In this document: positions 51,903 through 64,000 of the stretch, piece after piece
Layout of the letters: each line of letters opens with the position of its first letter
Numbering within the stretch: position 1 is the first letter of the stretch
Assembly (NCBI GenBank): GCA_043228905.1
Contig: JBHGNT010000021.1
Span: 1,426,001 to 1,490,000 of the forward strand
DNA: 64,000 nucleotides
Reading direction: 5' to 3'
Source of the DNA: Azolla caroliniana
Taxonomy: Eukaryota; Plantae; Polypodiophyta
Position numbers and translations under genes: made by a program
The notes under the pieces: model-generated
Seen by the model: only the letters and a program-made list of their open reading frames with translations
Database searches by the model: none
Told to the model about the DNA's origin: nothing

Positions 51903-53260
51903 GCTTGTGACTAACTACTACCAAAAATTTAAGAGGGCATGGGCGCGGACGGTGAAGGTCGCACCGTTGATGGCGCGTGCAATCTCCACCGTCCAATGTG
52001 GATAAAAAGTTGACAATGATTGTCACCAGGAGCCTGACTCTGTCACAGGGAGTCCCGCTCTCTGACAGCCTCTGTAACTAGGAAGCCCGACTCTGTCACT
52101 ATGAGTTCCGTTGTCGGACAACCTCTGTAACTAGGAGCCCGACTTTGTCAAAAGGAGCCCCATTATCTAACAACCTCTGTCACCAGGAGTCTGATTTAGA
52201 AACAAACATAAAAAACTCCCAAAAAGTGGTGTACAACATATATTTGCCATGAAAATGATGCATAAAATTACTCAAAAAAACCTAAACTTCCAATTGCTCA
52301 GAACCTAAAACTTAAAACTCAAAAATCACACAAACTTATATCTCCAAGCTTCAAATAACAAGTCTTACATAAAATATGAGAACTTCAAGTGTTGACAATA
52401 GGAATAATCCAAGCCTTGGAACCCTAAAATGAAATATGAATACACACGTTACATATAACAATTATGGCTCGTGTCAAGATGATGGCAAAATGCAACCACA
52501 ATTTTTATAACATGTAACAATCGAGTCCCTTGAAGTCAAGGTCAAGCCATCACAACACAAACACCTAACCTTCTCATGGTCACATATTGGCAATCGCCTC
52601 CTAGCCCGATTTGCACTTCTTTGTAGTTTTCCAGTGTGGGATTTGGAAGTGTTTAGGGAGCTGCCAATAAGTTCTTGCGAGGTGTCTATTGTTGCGCTTC
52701 TTTTGGCACCGATTTGTTGCATTTGACTTATGCATCCTGTGCCTACCTCGTTGGTTGATCTTGCTGCACCCAAACCGTACAACTTTTTCCTAAGATCTAC
52801 CATTTGTTGCAGATCGTCCTCAACAACAACCCTCTCAAAGGATCCTAACCCGTTGCTTGAGCCATTGAATAACTTCCTCACTCGTTTGTATTTGAGACTT
52901 CCATGATTCCATGTCAAATGGTTTTGCCTTTATATCCATGCTATTTTTGTGATATCATTCATTCGCATTTGGGTTGCATGATCTATAAATGGTAACAACA
53001 CATATAGGGATGGTATATGCCTCTCAATGACCATCTGAATTCTGAGTAAATGCTTACATTTACTTGCTAGGTCTTGACAATAACCATATGAGCATTGGAG
53101 CGAGACATTGTACCATAGGTTCGTATTTGTCATGTTTAATATTCTAAACCAATATCATGCCTCATCCAAAATATGTACTATGTTGGTATCGATCACATAC
53201 CTTTCGAGTATCTTCTTGGCTGCTTTAACTCTTGACCTTTGATCCGTACAATTTGCAGGA
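51903..53260 (-). mobile_element. Second, related MULE: terminus plus 3' transposase fragment
   Basis: End GCTTGTGACTAACTACTACCAAA...CGGACGGTG resembles the first element's end. Minus-strand frames WYNVSLQCSYGYCQDLASKCKHL and RRRLPICDHEKVRCLCCDGL...CYKNCGCILPSS match the first transposase. Confidence 0.8.
52021..52195. repeat. Subterminal tandem repeat (~52-bp unit, CTCTGTCAC/AGGAGCC motifs)
   Basis: About 3.3 degenerate copies. Confidence 0.75.
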
Positions 53261-54319
53261 CATTTGTTCCCCATATGTCATTTGGTGTTGCCATTTGTAT
53301 TAACTGGCAAAGACATTGGTCAATTAGTGCTTTTACGTATGCACTAGCAATGCCATGATCACAAAGATCACTTGCCTAATGTTTTTTTAACTCATTAAGA
53401 GTCTGTGGCAAAGGATGACACAAGCTTATACCTATGTTGTATCATCCCTCTTATCATAATTGCACATAGGTACTTCATTGTATAAACTCTCTATGCTTCC
53501 ATTTATCTATGTCGAAATTCAATATGATTGTGCAAATCCTATACCCACACATCTTTAATATGGTATTAGAACTATAGAGGTTATGTACATGCATGAGGAC
53601 AACACTTTCTACAATTCAATAGTGACCATAAAAGGCAATAGGTGCTTGTAAAATACTACATAATCAACATTGGAGGCGTAACAAGACCATGGTCCAAAAC
53701 ATATAGAATTAGTTAACAGTGGAGAGGATGGTCAAAGGAGAGAAATAAATGGTATTTATCATGCAGATAAAACGCCTTACGAACTAGGTGGTTGAGGTCA
53801 TATTGGCACCATAACCCTCCCTACTACAAACTACCTAGCATCTTTGTTATCGAGAATGTAATTTTGAATTTCACTCTCATTTTGAACCTCATTCATTCAT
53901 GGTGATCAAACGTTTTGTGAAGCCCAACCACTTTCTAGTTCCTAATAATAAAAACTTAACACCCCCCCAAAAAAGAGCTCTTCACGAAACAAAGAATTAC
54001 AAGCATTGTCCACTAAAATTATATCACAAATTTGTAACTCTTAATTGATGGAGATATGTTTGGCACCTTGGGTGATAAATTGATTTTTTAATTTTCAAAT
54101 TACAAAATTTGAATGTTGTATGTTCCTATTCCAAAATCTACATCCTTGTTCCCAAATGTTTCCGCTCGAGTACCTATGCCTACCATGTTGCTTTAAGAGC
54201 ATTCATATTTGATACCATCAATAGATTTATAGAGTGAGAGACCACATTTAAGTCAACCTGTGACACTTTGTATGTTTCCTTACACTAACATATGTTTCAA
54301 AAAGAAAAAAAACTAAGTG

Positions 54320-55158
54320 TGAGAAGGAGTGCAAATGAGCTCACATGGATATATTGTCTAAATAGCTGTGGCATTAGGTGCATTAGGCTAAGGTTAAAAA
54401 ATCCATAGTTGCATAATTGAGTGTGGATCTGTGTCCAACATAGGGTTAGGAAATGCTCTCATAAACATGTATAGCAAGTGTGGGGCTTCGATGGAAGCAT
54501 TCGTAGTCTTCAATGACATTAGGCAGGATGTGGTCTCCTGGAATGTGATGCTCTCTTGGTTTTCTCAACTTGGTCATGGAAAGAGATCTATTCAACTCTT
54601 TGAACAAATGCAAGAAGAGGGCACAAAGCTAGATGAAGTGACCTTCCTTACTGTGTTAAGTGCATGTAGCCATGCTGGACTAGTTGAGGAAGGATCAAAA
54701 TTCTTTAAATCAATGAGTGAGGAACACTGCATTTTACCCGTGATGGGTCATTATGGATGTATGGTAGACTTATTTGGAAAAAGTGGCGATCTTGATGTGG
54801 TTGAAAACCTTATTTATAGTATGCTAGTTCGTGCCTTAGCTCTTATATGGATGACTCTTCTTTGTGCATGTAGGAATTTAGGTGAGTTCCAGTGAGGGGA
54901 ATTGGCCTTAAATTACATATCTCTCTTCGAACCTGATAATGGAGCTCTGTATATCTTGCTCTCAAATATTTATGCCAAATGGGAGGTGGAATGATGTAAA
55001 AATGCTAAGAGAAACAATGCTCCAACGAGGAGTAAAGAAATGACCAAGATGTAACATGATTGATGTGAATGATGAAATTCATAGACTCTTTCCTCGATCA
55101 ATGGCATCTCGATTGCAAAGCTATATATGCAAAAACTAGACACTCTGAATTCTCAAGA
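54320..55158 (+). pseudogene. PLS-class PPR pseudogene with E domain, runs into the gap
   Basis: GNALINMYSKCG, DVVSWNVML, DEVTFLTVLSACSHAGLVEEG, HYGCMVDLFG, WMTLLCACR, EPDNGALYILLSNIYA. Stops at ~54385 and 54893, plus frameshifts. Confidence 0.88.
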
Positions 55159-55258
55159 NNNNNNNNNNNNNNNNNNNNNNNNNNNNNNNNNNNNNNNNNN
55201 NNNNNNNNNNNNNNNNNNNNNNNNNNNNNNNNNNNNNNNNNNNNNNNNNNNNNNNNNN
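55159..55258. other. Assembly gap (100 N)
   Basis: Run of exactly 100 N, typical of a scaffolding join of unknown size. Confidence 0.99.
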
Positions 55259-58200
55259 AAATTTTGTACTAGTCTCGCACACGAACCTGGTTGAATACGT
55301 TCTCTACCTACCACAGTTTTTTCTTCCCCCACCAAACCATCCTCTCGCACGGGTATACACTTAAAAGATACAAATCTGTTTATGGCTTCTTTTGTGATAT
55401 TATACTGCAAACACCCTGCCGATTCCATTTGCAGCTCTCCAGAATCTCGTTCATTCTAGAGCAATGCATCTTACATCATGATTCATGATATGAACCAGCT
55501 CTCAAAAAAATACACATGAATATGATGAACTTCACGGTACCTTGAGGAGGTACCAGTTGTATTGGCTTCTGCCTTCATGACCTCCAATGTAACTATATGA
55601 CACTGTCAACGTTTCACCTTCTACATACTCTCCCGTTATTGACAAGAAGCTAAGACTTGGGGGAAGCACTAATTGTCAAGGGGAAGTAAAGAGGCTATAA
55701 GTCTGGCGTTGATAATGTCAGTAATAACTTAAAAATGAATTCTTACAAGCAGAGTTATTGATGAAAGAAGCTGAATATAATAATATATGCTATGCCTAGA
55801 CTTAGATGCATACGAATAAGAGTTATATATACTTCTAACTGGAACATCCGAAAAAGTAATTTCAGGTTGCCCACTTTCACCATCTGCACGAATTGGTGTA
55901 TATTTTGCAGCCAAGTAAAACCCAACAGCATCAAGCGGGATACGGAAAGCCTGAAGAAAGAAAACGAAAAACAAATGAAAGAAAGAAAATTTTCATCAGC
56001 TAGGAAATGCCAAATTACATGTGTTAGAAAGAGTAGCTATTCAGGATTCTTTGCTTTCCTTTCAGTGGTGGTCATGTGACCTTGGTGCACTTACATCTTC
56101 GTAATCTCTGATTCTATATACTTATCACACAGCACCTTTTTATGGAGAAAACAAAACACCAGATGCTATGCATATTTGTGTCTAGTTTTGCAGACCAAAC
56201 CTTCGATATTTTCGATGTACTTATCGCTTCTAGGTTTGTATCATCTAGGAATTCATCTCGAATTTTGGTTTTGAACCATTGTACACGGCTAGCACTTTCC
56301 ACTCCACCCGAAATGATAGCGCTGATCACAACTTTAGTACCTTCACATATGTCGCCCACAATTCTCAATTGAGAGACCTTTGGAGGGGCTGCCCTAGAAA
56401 ACGTTATATCCATTTAGAAGATAGAAATGTACCGAAAATGCATAGGAAAGAGAGTAAATTATACCCAATGTAACTGGCATAGATATTGCTGAGGCAGTAT
56501 CACCGTGATGCCCTAATGAGCAAGAAAAGAAAGCACTATTTTGTGAACTCTCTTATCATCGTGGTCACCGAAACCACAGCATATATTTATATTATGCACC
56601 TTCATGATTTACAGGAGTATATGTGAACATCATCCTCGAACCAGCATCCTCCTTGGATAAAGTGTACTCTTTAGTTCCTTCAGCCACAGAATTGAACTCC
56701 CTAATGAAGAAAAGAAGGAGATATACAAAAACCAATAAATCATCAGCACTTTGCAACATAGGAAAAGAAGAGATACAGATACTGAAGTGGCCAAACCACC
56801 ATATTCTTGTGCACAAAACGATGAAGGTATCACATATTCCATCTAAAGGAGAATCGGTTTATAATAACATACCCTAACTTCTTGCCTTCACGTAGCCATT
56901 CAAATTTGCTCTGGCCCTCTTTACCTCCAAAATATGTTCCAACACCCTTGATAGTGTTACCTTCCACTACATCTCCAAGAATATACAGATTGCTAACAGA
57001 AGGACTGGCTGACAAAAAAAAGAGTAACACTATTCACTCTGGAGTTTTGAAATCAAAATATGCTTGAAGACCAGGAGTCTGAACTTTGGGAAGGTTGTAG
57101 GATTAGTTACATGTGGCTTGTTGCTACAATATGTTTGGACTACATAACGAAACATTCATATTCATCATGGTCATAATTTTACCACTACCTACAATATAAT
57201 TAACTAGATACTTGCCCATGGAGCTAAAGAAAATACAAATGCATAATATCTTGAAAGTAAATCACCTCCATGTACCACCTCTGTCGTAGCAAAGTAAGTC
57301 TCTCCGTTTACACCTTCTTGAGTCACGGGTATGTACATCAAGAGTAGATTAGCTCCAACATCATCTAGTGAGAGTTGATATTCCAACTCCTCTGCTCCAA
57401 CTACGACTGACGGGCTTTGATCATCATGTCGTCTCAGCCAACTGAATTATTAGAATTTTGTTAGCTCTAGTGAGTCTGTTTTCACACTACAAGGGAAGGA
57501 GAAATGATTTCATATAGATATCAATACCTTACAATCCCTTTACCAGGAGTTCCACCACACCATGCTATCTCCAGATGTCCTCTTATTACATGACCTTCTT
57601 CCAATTTACCATCCAACGTGAGGCTCAGAACTTTGGGGCAGCCACTACCTGGGTACCATTCTTGAACATCATGAGTGGTATTTACACATTAGAAACATTT
57701 GTCAGATTAGCATCAAGGAGTTGAAGAAAGTACCAGGTGACACGGGAAAAGAAACAACAAATATTGAAGGGTATTCTGTTTCTCCGAGCACAGGAGTACA
57801 CTCCACCTTGAGGCAGAGGCCAACATCATCATGCTTTGGAATATAGACCTACCACAAACAAGACACATGCCGTACACCATTAATGTGACAATCAAGAATA
57901 TACGAGTGTCTCCAACCAAAGACCAGAACAAGATGCTTGCATTGAGCAAAACTGTTATGGTGGAAAGTTCAGAAAACAAGAACAAATGGAAGCTCACCTC
58001 TTTTGTTGCATTTTCAATGGGTATAAAGTTTTCAGGTATTTTACCCCCGATAAACCACTGATATCTCAAAGTCAGTTCCTCCATCTCATTGTTTGTGTGC
58101 TTAACAAAAGTGAAGTGGCAACTACAAGGATATCCTTCAGATGGTTTTTCAATAAATGCTTGCTCAAAGTCATATCCAGGAGGGATCTTGTCAAACCATC

Positions 58201-61200
58201 GTGCTTTAAGGTATTTCATGGTTGATTCTAAATTCCATGGAACCAATTATAGGTGATAAAATCAACAAGTATAGTATTCATATCGCAGAAAAAACTATCA
58301 ACATCGGCTCACCAAAAGCTTCATCGACATTGCTGAAAACCCATCCATCCCTAATGCATAATGCTGTATGTGCTGGATATAAACGAGCAAGCTCTACTTC
58401 CTCCAAAGGGAGATCTGTGAAAAAAGCAGATGTTTAAGTAGCCATCAATAACCAGGCATTGAGCCACATAGAAACGTTTGTATATTTCGTTATGTTATGA
58501 TAAGCTGTATCAGCTATAAAAATGTTAACCGATTATAAATTTGACAATTTTTTTCATGTATTTATATAGGGCATTTTTTGTCAATTAAATGTTTGCGGTG
58601 ATGATAGATCAAAGAAAGAGAACAGCTATAGCCCCCCAACTTCTCACCTTTATCATTAAACTTCTTTAAGGTTGGGCCGGCCAACAATATCACAGCTGCT
58701 TCCAGATGCTGCATTTCTGAAATGGGATTCTCTTCCAAACGCAAATGCTGTAAACAGCATTCATCAATCAAGAGCCTAAGTTTAGAATAGAACTTTATAT
58801 GAATACACTTCGCAGGTTTCGTGAGGACCCTCAAATAAGGGTGAACACATTACATTAAATGATCATGCATTATTGTCTCCATGGCAAAAAAAAACTTTGA
58901 ATGTGTATTAAGAACCTCAAGCGAAGGCAAATGAGGAAACCCTTTGAATGTTGAGACCTTGTTCTTGCTTGCAGTAAGAACCTTCATAGGAAATAGAAAA
59001 ATAGAAGAAGAATAAAATCTATGCATTTTGTTTATGTTTACATGGTTCAAAAATTTCCTGCCATTGTGGTTACCTGGAGTCTAGGTTGCATTGCCATTGC
59101 TAATGATTTCAGCTTATTCTGGGAAACTGACAGAAACTGGGAAAAGCGATGAACAAACAATCCAATTCACTAAAAGAAGGGACATTAGAAAGAACATTCC
59201 CACACTTGCACCTGCACTTTGTTTTATACCTCTAGATTTGGAAGTTGTGGCAAGCCACTTAACGATGTGATCTGGTTACCAGCAAGGTAAAGTTGCTGCC
59301 AAAAAGAAACACGTATATTTTATATATAGTTATAAAAACAAAATATATAAGAAAATATAGCATCTTTTGCTTGTTTTGTTTTTTGAAGAAAAGAAAAGGA
59401 AACGCAAGATGAAAATCAATAACCTGAAAAAACAAAACACAAACTAACCTGGAGAGCTTTACAGTTTGCCAAAGGCTCTAACCCATAACCTTTCAGCTCA
59501 TTGGAACTAAGATCCAAAACCTGTATGTAGAAGTCATGTTTCTTAGAAATATTTATCAATGAACTTTTTTTTGTTTAACATTCCTATTGTATTCACCCAA
59601 TACGATATCAATGTTCACCTTGACATTCTTTAAAATCTCAATTCCTGCAAGGTTCGCAAGCTTGTTATCCCTGAGGTATACAAACTGCGAAGAACACACA
59701 TTCAGATTTTTGCACCAGCTTGTTGCCTAGAGAAGTAATCAATCAGAAAATAAGAACACAAAACATTGTATGGAGATTGAATTCATCAATGGTCTCTGCG
59801 AATTAAGCTCAAACACCAAAGGAAGATGGATCTGAAATCACAAAGACATTGTCAACCTTCATCCCTAGCTAGACATCAAAATTCGACAAGGTAAACCTCA
59901 TCACAATCATGAATTTTCTTTACTTTTTTGACCAGTTAACTCCATAATTTCCAAATTTATTGCACATATTTTTGAGCTTGCTGCATTAAAGACCTCCCAT
60001 TCTTCTCTCATTGCAGCATCACAACACATATTGAAGTCGCTGTCCGATGAAAATGCCCTGACCAGCCATATTGACATAGCATTTGTCCTGGTTCTGGTTC
60101 TTGCCTCCAAAACAAACACTCCTCTTCCAATGGCAATATTAGAGGCAAAAATACCCACTAGCGATAAACTAAGGGTTTCACTGTAAATTCACCCAGCCAG
60201 CCATTTATCCCCTGCCAGGGACACTTCTTAACAGGGCCTCCCAAAACTTGGCAACTATGTCACCATGGAACCACATAGTTTACTAAGAGGCTCTGATCAT
60301 GTTCTCTGAGACCGGAAAAACACAGTATCTAATTCGAAGAAATGGTGTTCCCAGTGGTTCCATAAAAATATGTCACCTATAGGGCAATCAAATTCGTACT
60401 CATCAAGCATGCACCAACTGTTTCAAGTTTTGGGTGTCTTTCCGTATTTATAAGGAAGGAAACATTCAGGAATATAGGCAGATTCATAAAAAAAGAAGAA
60501 GGGGAGAAGACTTTTATGAATAGGACGGTCCTCCCTATTTTGCTCTTTTTGTCTCAGTCACTTTGCCCATTCCCCCCCCATTTTTAAAGAGAGTAGTACA
60601 TGGCCGTGGCCATCGCCTCTTGCATTTTCAAGAAACAACAAATCAGAGAGCTATTAGGAACGCATAATGATATATACCTCTAGCTTTGGAGTCAGATGTT
60701 CTAAGTTGAAATCCAAGCTCCGAATTTTCTGGCCGCGCAAATCCAATCTCTGCACCGCCAATTTAAAAGATGCACTAAAACTAAATGAATCATAATATTC
60801 GTTATGGAACTCAATGAGTATAGACTAAAAGGAATACACACTCTATTCTACTCTACTCTACTGAATGAAACACGCAGACAATGTAGTTAAATCCAGCTTC
60901 AAGGTCAGGGAACAAAAGTAGATATGCATGTATATATGTATTACCACCACATCATCCCCTGACGTCACATCTATGGGAGGAAGCTGTTCATCCTCGTCGT
61001 CAATAACCTCTGAATAACTGTTTTTTTCCGAATCGCTAGCATCTGACCATGTGGCCCGTGAGATTTTTAGAGCATTTGAGGGGCATCGAAGGTCTGATGC
61101 AGAAGAGATCGATTTTCTACTTAATATATGTTGATCGATGCCATTCACGTTTTCTGCCGAAGAGATTGATTTTCCACCTAACCTATATTGATTGATGCCA

Positions 61201-62336
61201 TTCACGTTTTCTGCCAAAGAGCGCGATTTTCTACCTAGCATATTAGATCGATCGATGCCATTGGAGTTTTCTGCTGATCTGGATAGGTGTTGGGATCGAG
61301 TTATTACGACAGGGCGTATCACGCTCTTCGCCCAATTGGACGATGACATGGACAGAGTCATTGGGGAGGATGTCAATGTCGATCTTGAGCTAATCGGACG
61401 AGGTGGGATATGCCGTGATGACACAGTTTTGGGTTTCATGGAAGAATTCATTGGGGATGATGATGATGATGGGGATGGGGATGGGGATGATTCTCTTTTC
61501 AATCTTCCCACCATTGTGCTTGAATTACCTGCCGCAGTGCTTGAAAGAGATTTAGGATCTGAAGAGGAAGATTTGCCAAACCGAAACCCACGGATTGAAG
61601 CTGGTTTGGGCAAGACAGGTTTGCCTCGAGTTAACAAAGGAGGAGAGGGTAGTACTCTTCCAGAATTCGACTCTTTCGGATGAACATTGGGCGATGACGA
61701 TGACGGCTTGGACTCCTGAGATGGAATGGAAGTAATCGGCCGGGTATATACAGTATCAGGGGGGGAAGTACATAATTCTTCTGCAGAAACACTACCCAAG
61801 CTATGACGGCGCTTTGACCTAAGTATTACCGAGGAAGGAGAAGGAGAAGGAGAAGGAGAAGGAGAGTGTTTTCTAGTTGTAATTGATCTGGCTATGGAAG
61901 CAGAGGGGGAAGACGACTTCTTCAAAAAGTTGTGGTGAATAACCATTGGATTGGGTGAGCTATGGCGGTGATCATGAGTAGGATGTAGAGAGCAAGGTAT
62001 AAGGTGTCTGTTCGCAGGTGCAGATCTCAGCTTTCTGCTGACAGATGGTTTCAGAGATCGATTCCCGGGGATGGAGGCATTCGTACTATAATTATCTTTT
62101 CTTTTATCATTGTCATCTCCATCTCCATCTCCATCATTGCCATCATTAGCGTCGTCATCACCATCATCAATTGTGACAGTTCCGTCCCCTAATTCTGTGT
62201 TTCTTATGTGATCATAGTCTTCTTTATGCGTGTCATTATTGGTCAGGATCCTGATCGGATCGGAATGATCGCCATGGTCAGGGTTAATGAGTGAATTCCT
62301 ATCTACATTGTTATATACGCTGGCTAGAGAATCCAT
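55259..62336 (-). CDS. AIR9: AIR9 microtubule-associated protein (basic Ser-rich N-terminus, LRRs, A9/Ig-like repeats), ~19 exons, 3' part lost at the gap
   Basis: Large Ser/Pro/Lys-rich first exon (62336-~60944). Small LRR exons (LDLRGQKIRSL, FVYLRDNKLANL, LYLAGNQITSL, VLTASKNKVSTFKGFPHL). LEAAVILLAGPTLKKFND. A9 repeats (VVEGNTIKGVGTYFGGKEGQSKFEWLRE; YTPIRADGESG). Confidence 0.9.
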
Positions 62337-62759
62337 GGCCAGAGACGAGTTTTTCCGAAATTTAAACAGGCACGTAAATGGAAAGAAAGAGCAGAGATTA
62401 CACCATATGAATACAGGCAGCCATGTGACAGGAACTTAGAAGGAGAAGGAGATTAAAACTTCAGGATTTAAACAGATGATGCAACAGTCAGAGGTATGAG
62501 TGGATGGATTGGATTGGACGATGCAAATTATGGATTTGACGGGAAGAGATTGAAGAAGAGGATGCGCTGCTACAGTTTGTTGAATGCAGGGAAGTGGTCT
62601 TCTTATGCTGCGGATTAACGCAGGGGCGACGAAGCAGCCATTGCTAATTCAGGCAAATGGCTTTTCCTGAAGAAGAAGAAGAAGAAGAAAGAAGAAGAAG
62701 CCTGCAGACGAAGAAGAAGAAGACGACTATACAGAGAGAGCGAGCGAGAGAGAGAGAGA

Positions 62760-63522
62760 GGTCCCGCTGGCGTGGCGCTAATCAGCCGACGTGTCCGCCA
62801 CGTCATCTGGCGTCGTCCTGCCACGTCATCAGGTGCCACGTCTCCTGCCACGTCGGCAGTTCCTGAAAGAGAGAGGGGTCCCGCTGGCGTGCCACTAATC
62901 AGCTGACGCTTCCGCCACTTCATCATGTGCCTGTCTTCCGCCACGTCAGAGTTCCCGGGAGAGAGAGGCCCCGCTGGCGTGCCACTAATCAACAGACGTG
63001 TCCGCTACGTCATCAGAGTTTAGGGAGCCGACGTGTCCGCCACGTCATCAGGTGCCCGTCTCCTGCCACGTCGGCAGTTCGTGAAAGAGAGAAAGAAAGA
63101 AAGAAAGATATATTAACGTCTTCTATGTCCAAAATTGGGCCATGCTAGCCAATTAATCAGCTGGCCTGCCACTAATCAGCTGACGTGTCCGCCACATCAT
63201 CAGGTGCCTGCCTTCCGCCACGTCAGAGTTCCTGGGAGAGAGGCGCCACTAATATGCTCACGTGTCCGCCACGTCATCAGGCATCATCCTGCCACGTAAT
63301 CAGGTGCCCGTCTTCTGCCACGGCAGTTCGTGAAAGAGGGAGAAAGAGAGGTTCCGCCGGGGTGCCACTAATCAGCTGACGTGTCTGGCACGTCTTCAGG
63401 TGCCTGTCTTCCGCCACGTAAGAGCTCCCGGGAGAGAGAGGTCCCGTTGGCGTGGCACTAATCAGCTGACGTGCCCGTCACGTCATCAGATCCCAGCCTT
63501 CTGCCACGTCGGCAGTTCCCGG
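62760..63522. repeat. GC-rich degenerate tandem array rich in GCCACGTCA / CTAATCAGCTGACGTG
   Basis: About 7-8 units of ~80-120 bp with shared motifs GGTCCCGCTGGCGTGCCACTAATCAGC and CCACGTCATCAGGTG. Confidence 0.88.
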
Positions 63523-64000
63523 GCCATACAAGAGAATATACATAAAATACATACGCAATGGAAGAAGAATAATAATATCATTATTTTATTTTATTTTTAT
63601 TATGTGTTCGTGTGTTTTTGTTTTTAATTTAATTCTTGGTTTTGTTTTTTTGTTTTATTGATCATTTTTAATTGCTTTTTCTTTGAGCATCTATTCTTCC
63701 TTCCTTGTCCGGAAACGCAAACGCAAAAGCAAACTACTTACTACATAGTGCATAGTAGATACATAACATATTAGGTAGTAGGTACAATTAACTAACGAAC
63801 ACGAAATGATGCAATCTTTGGCCGGCCGGCTGGACACCGTCTGTTGTCCCCGATTCTCGACCGACACTCATTACTGTAGTCCCACATACCAGACACCCCC
63901 CGTGAATCGTGTTTGCCCTTCCAAGAACCTTTTGGACCTTTTGTTTTGTGCCCTTCCGAGGACGTAAAAAAAATCCACGCCCAAATGAAATTCTTTTAAA

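Noticed and set aside
53405-53425. U6 snRNA-like CAAAGGATGACAC
   Set aside because: Only a ~12-nt match; the rest of U6 is absent.
60240-60434. Short inverted repeat CCCAAAACTTG/CAAGTTTTGGG in an AIR9 intron
   Set aside because: Only 11 bp with no TSD found.
61192-61683. 163-aa plus-strand ORF
   Set aside because: Antisense shadow of the AIR9 first exon.
62615-63627. Several ORFs over the GC-rich array
   Set aside because: Products of tandem repeats.

Overview
AT-rich land-plant nuclear DNA (probably a fern or other seed-free plant; inferred only from PPR, LINE and gene style) with one 100-N scaffold gap at 55159-55258. It holds five intron-containing host genes: an NDB1-type external NAD(P)H dehydrogenase (-), BABAM1/MERIT40-like (+, with a GC-AG intron), NAA60/MCC1-like GNAT acetyltransferase (+), TruB pseudouridine synthase (-, with a complete Copia element in one intron) and AIR9 (-, cut off by the gap). 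A PLS-class PPR pseudogene lies just left of the gap. The most striking structure is a ~14 kb Mutator-like element (37888-51850). It has ~1.1-1.7 kb inverted arms, a Ulp1-like protease gene, a transposase with an extra C-terminal Cys4 motif and an internal back-to-back pair of TIR copies. It sits in an (ATGT)n microsatellite that also holds the end of a second related element ~50 bp away. Several MITEs with target-site duplications (TSDs), a SINE-like insertion, LINE 3' ends on (GA)n tracts and local tandem duplications are also present. Exon boundaries were read by eye and family assignments rest on remembered motifs, not database searches.
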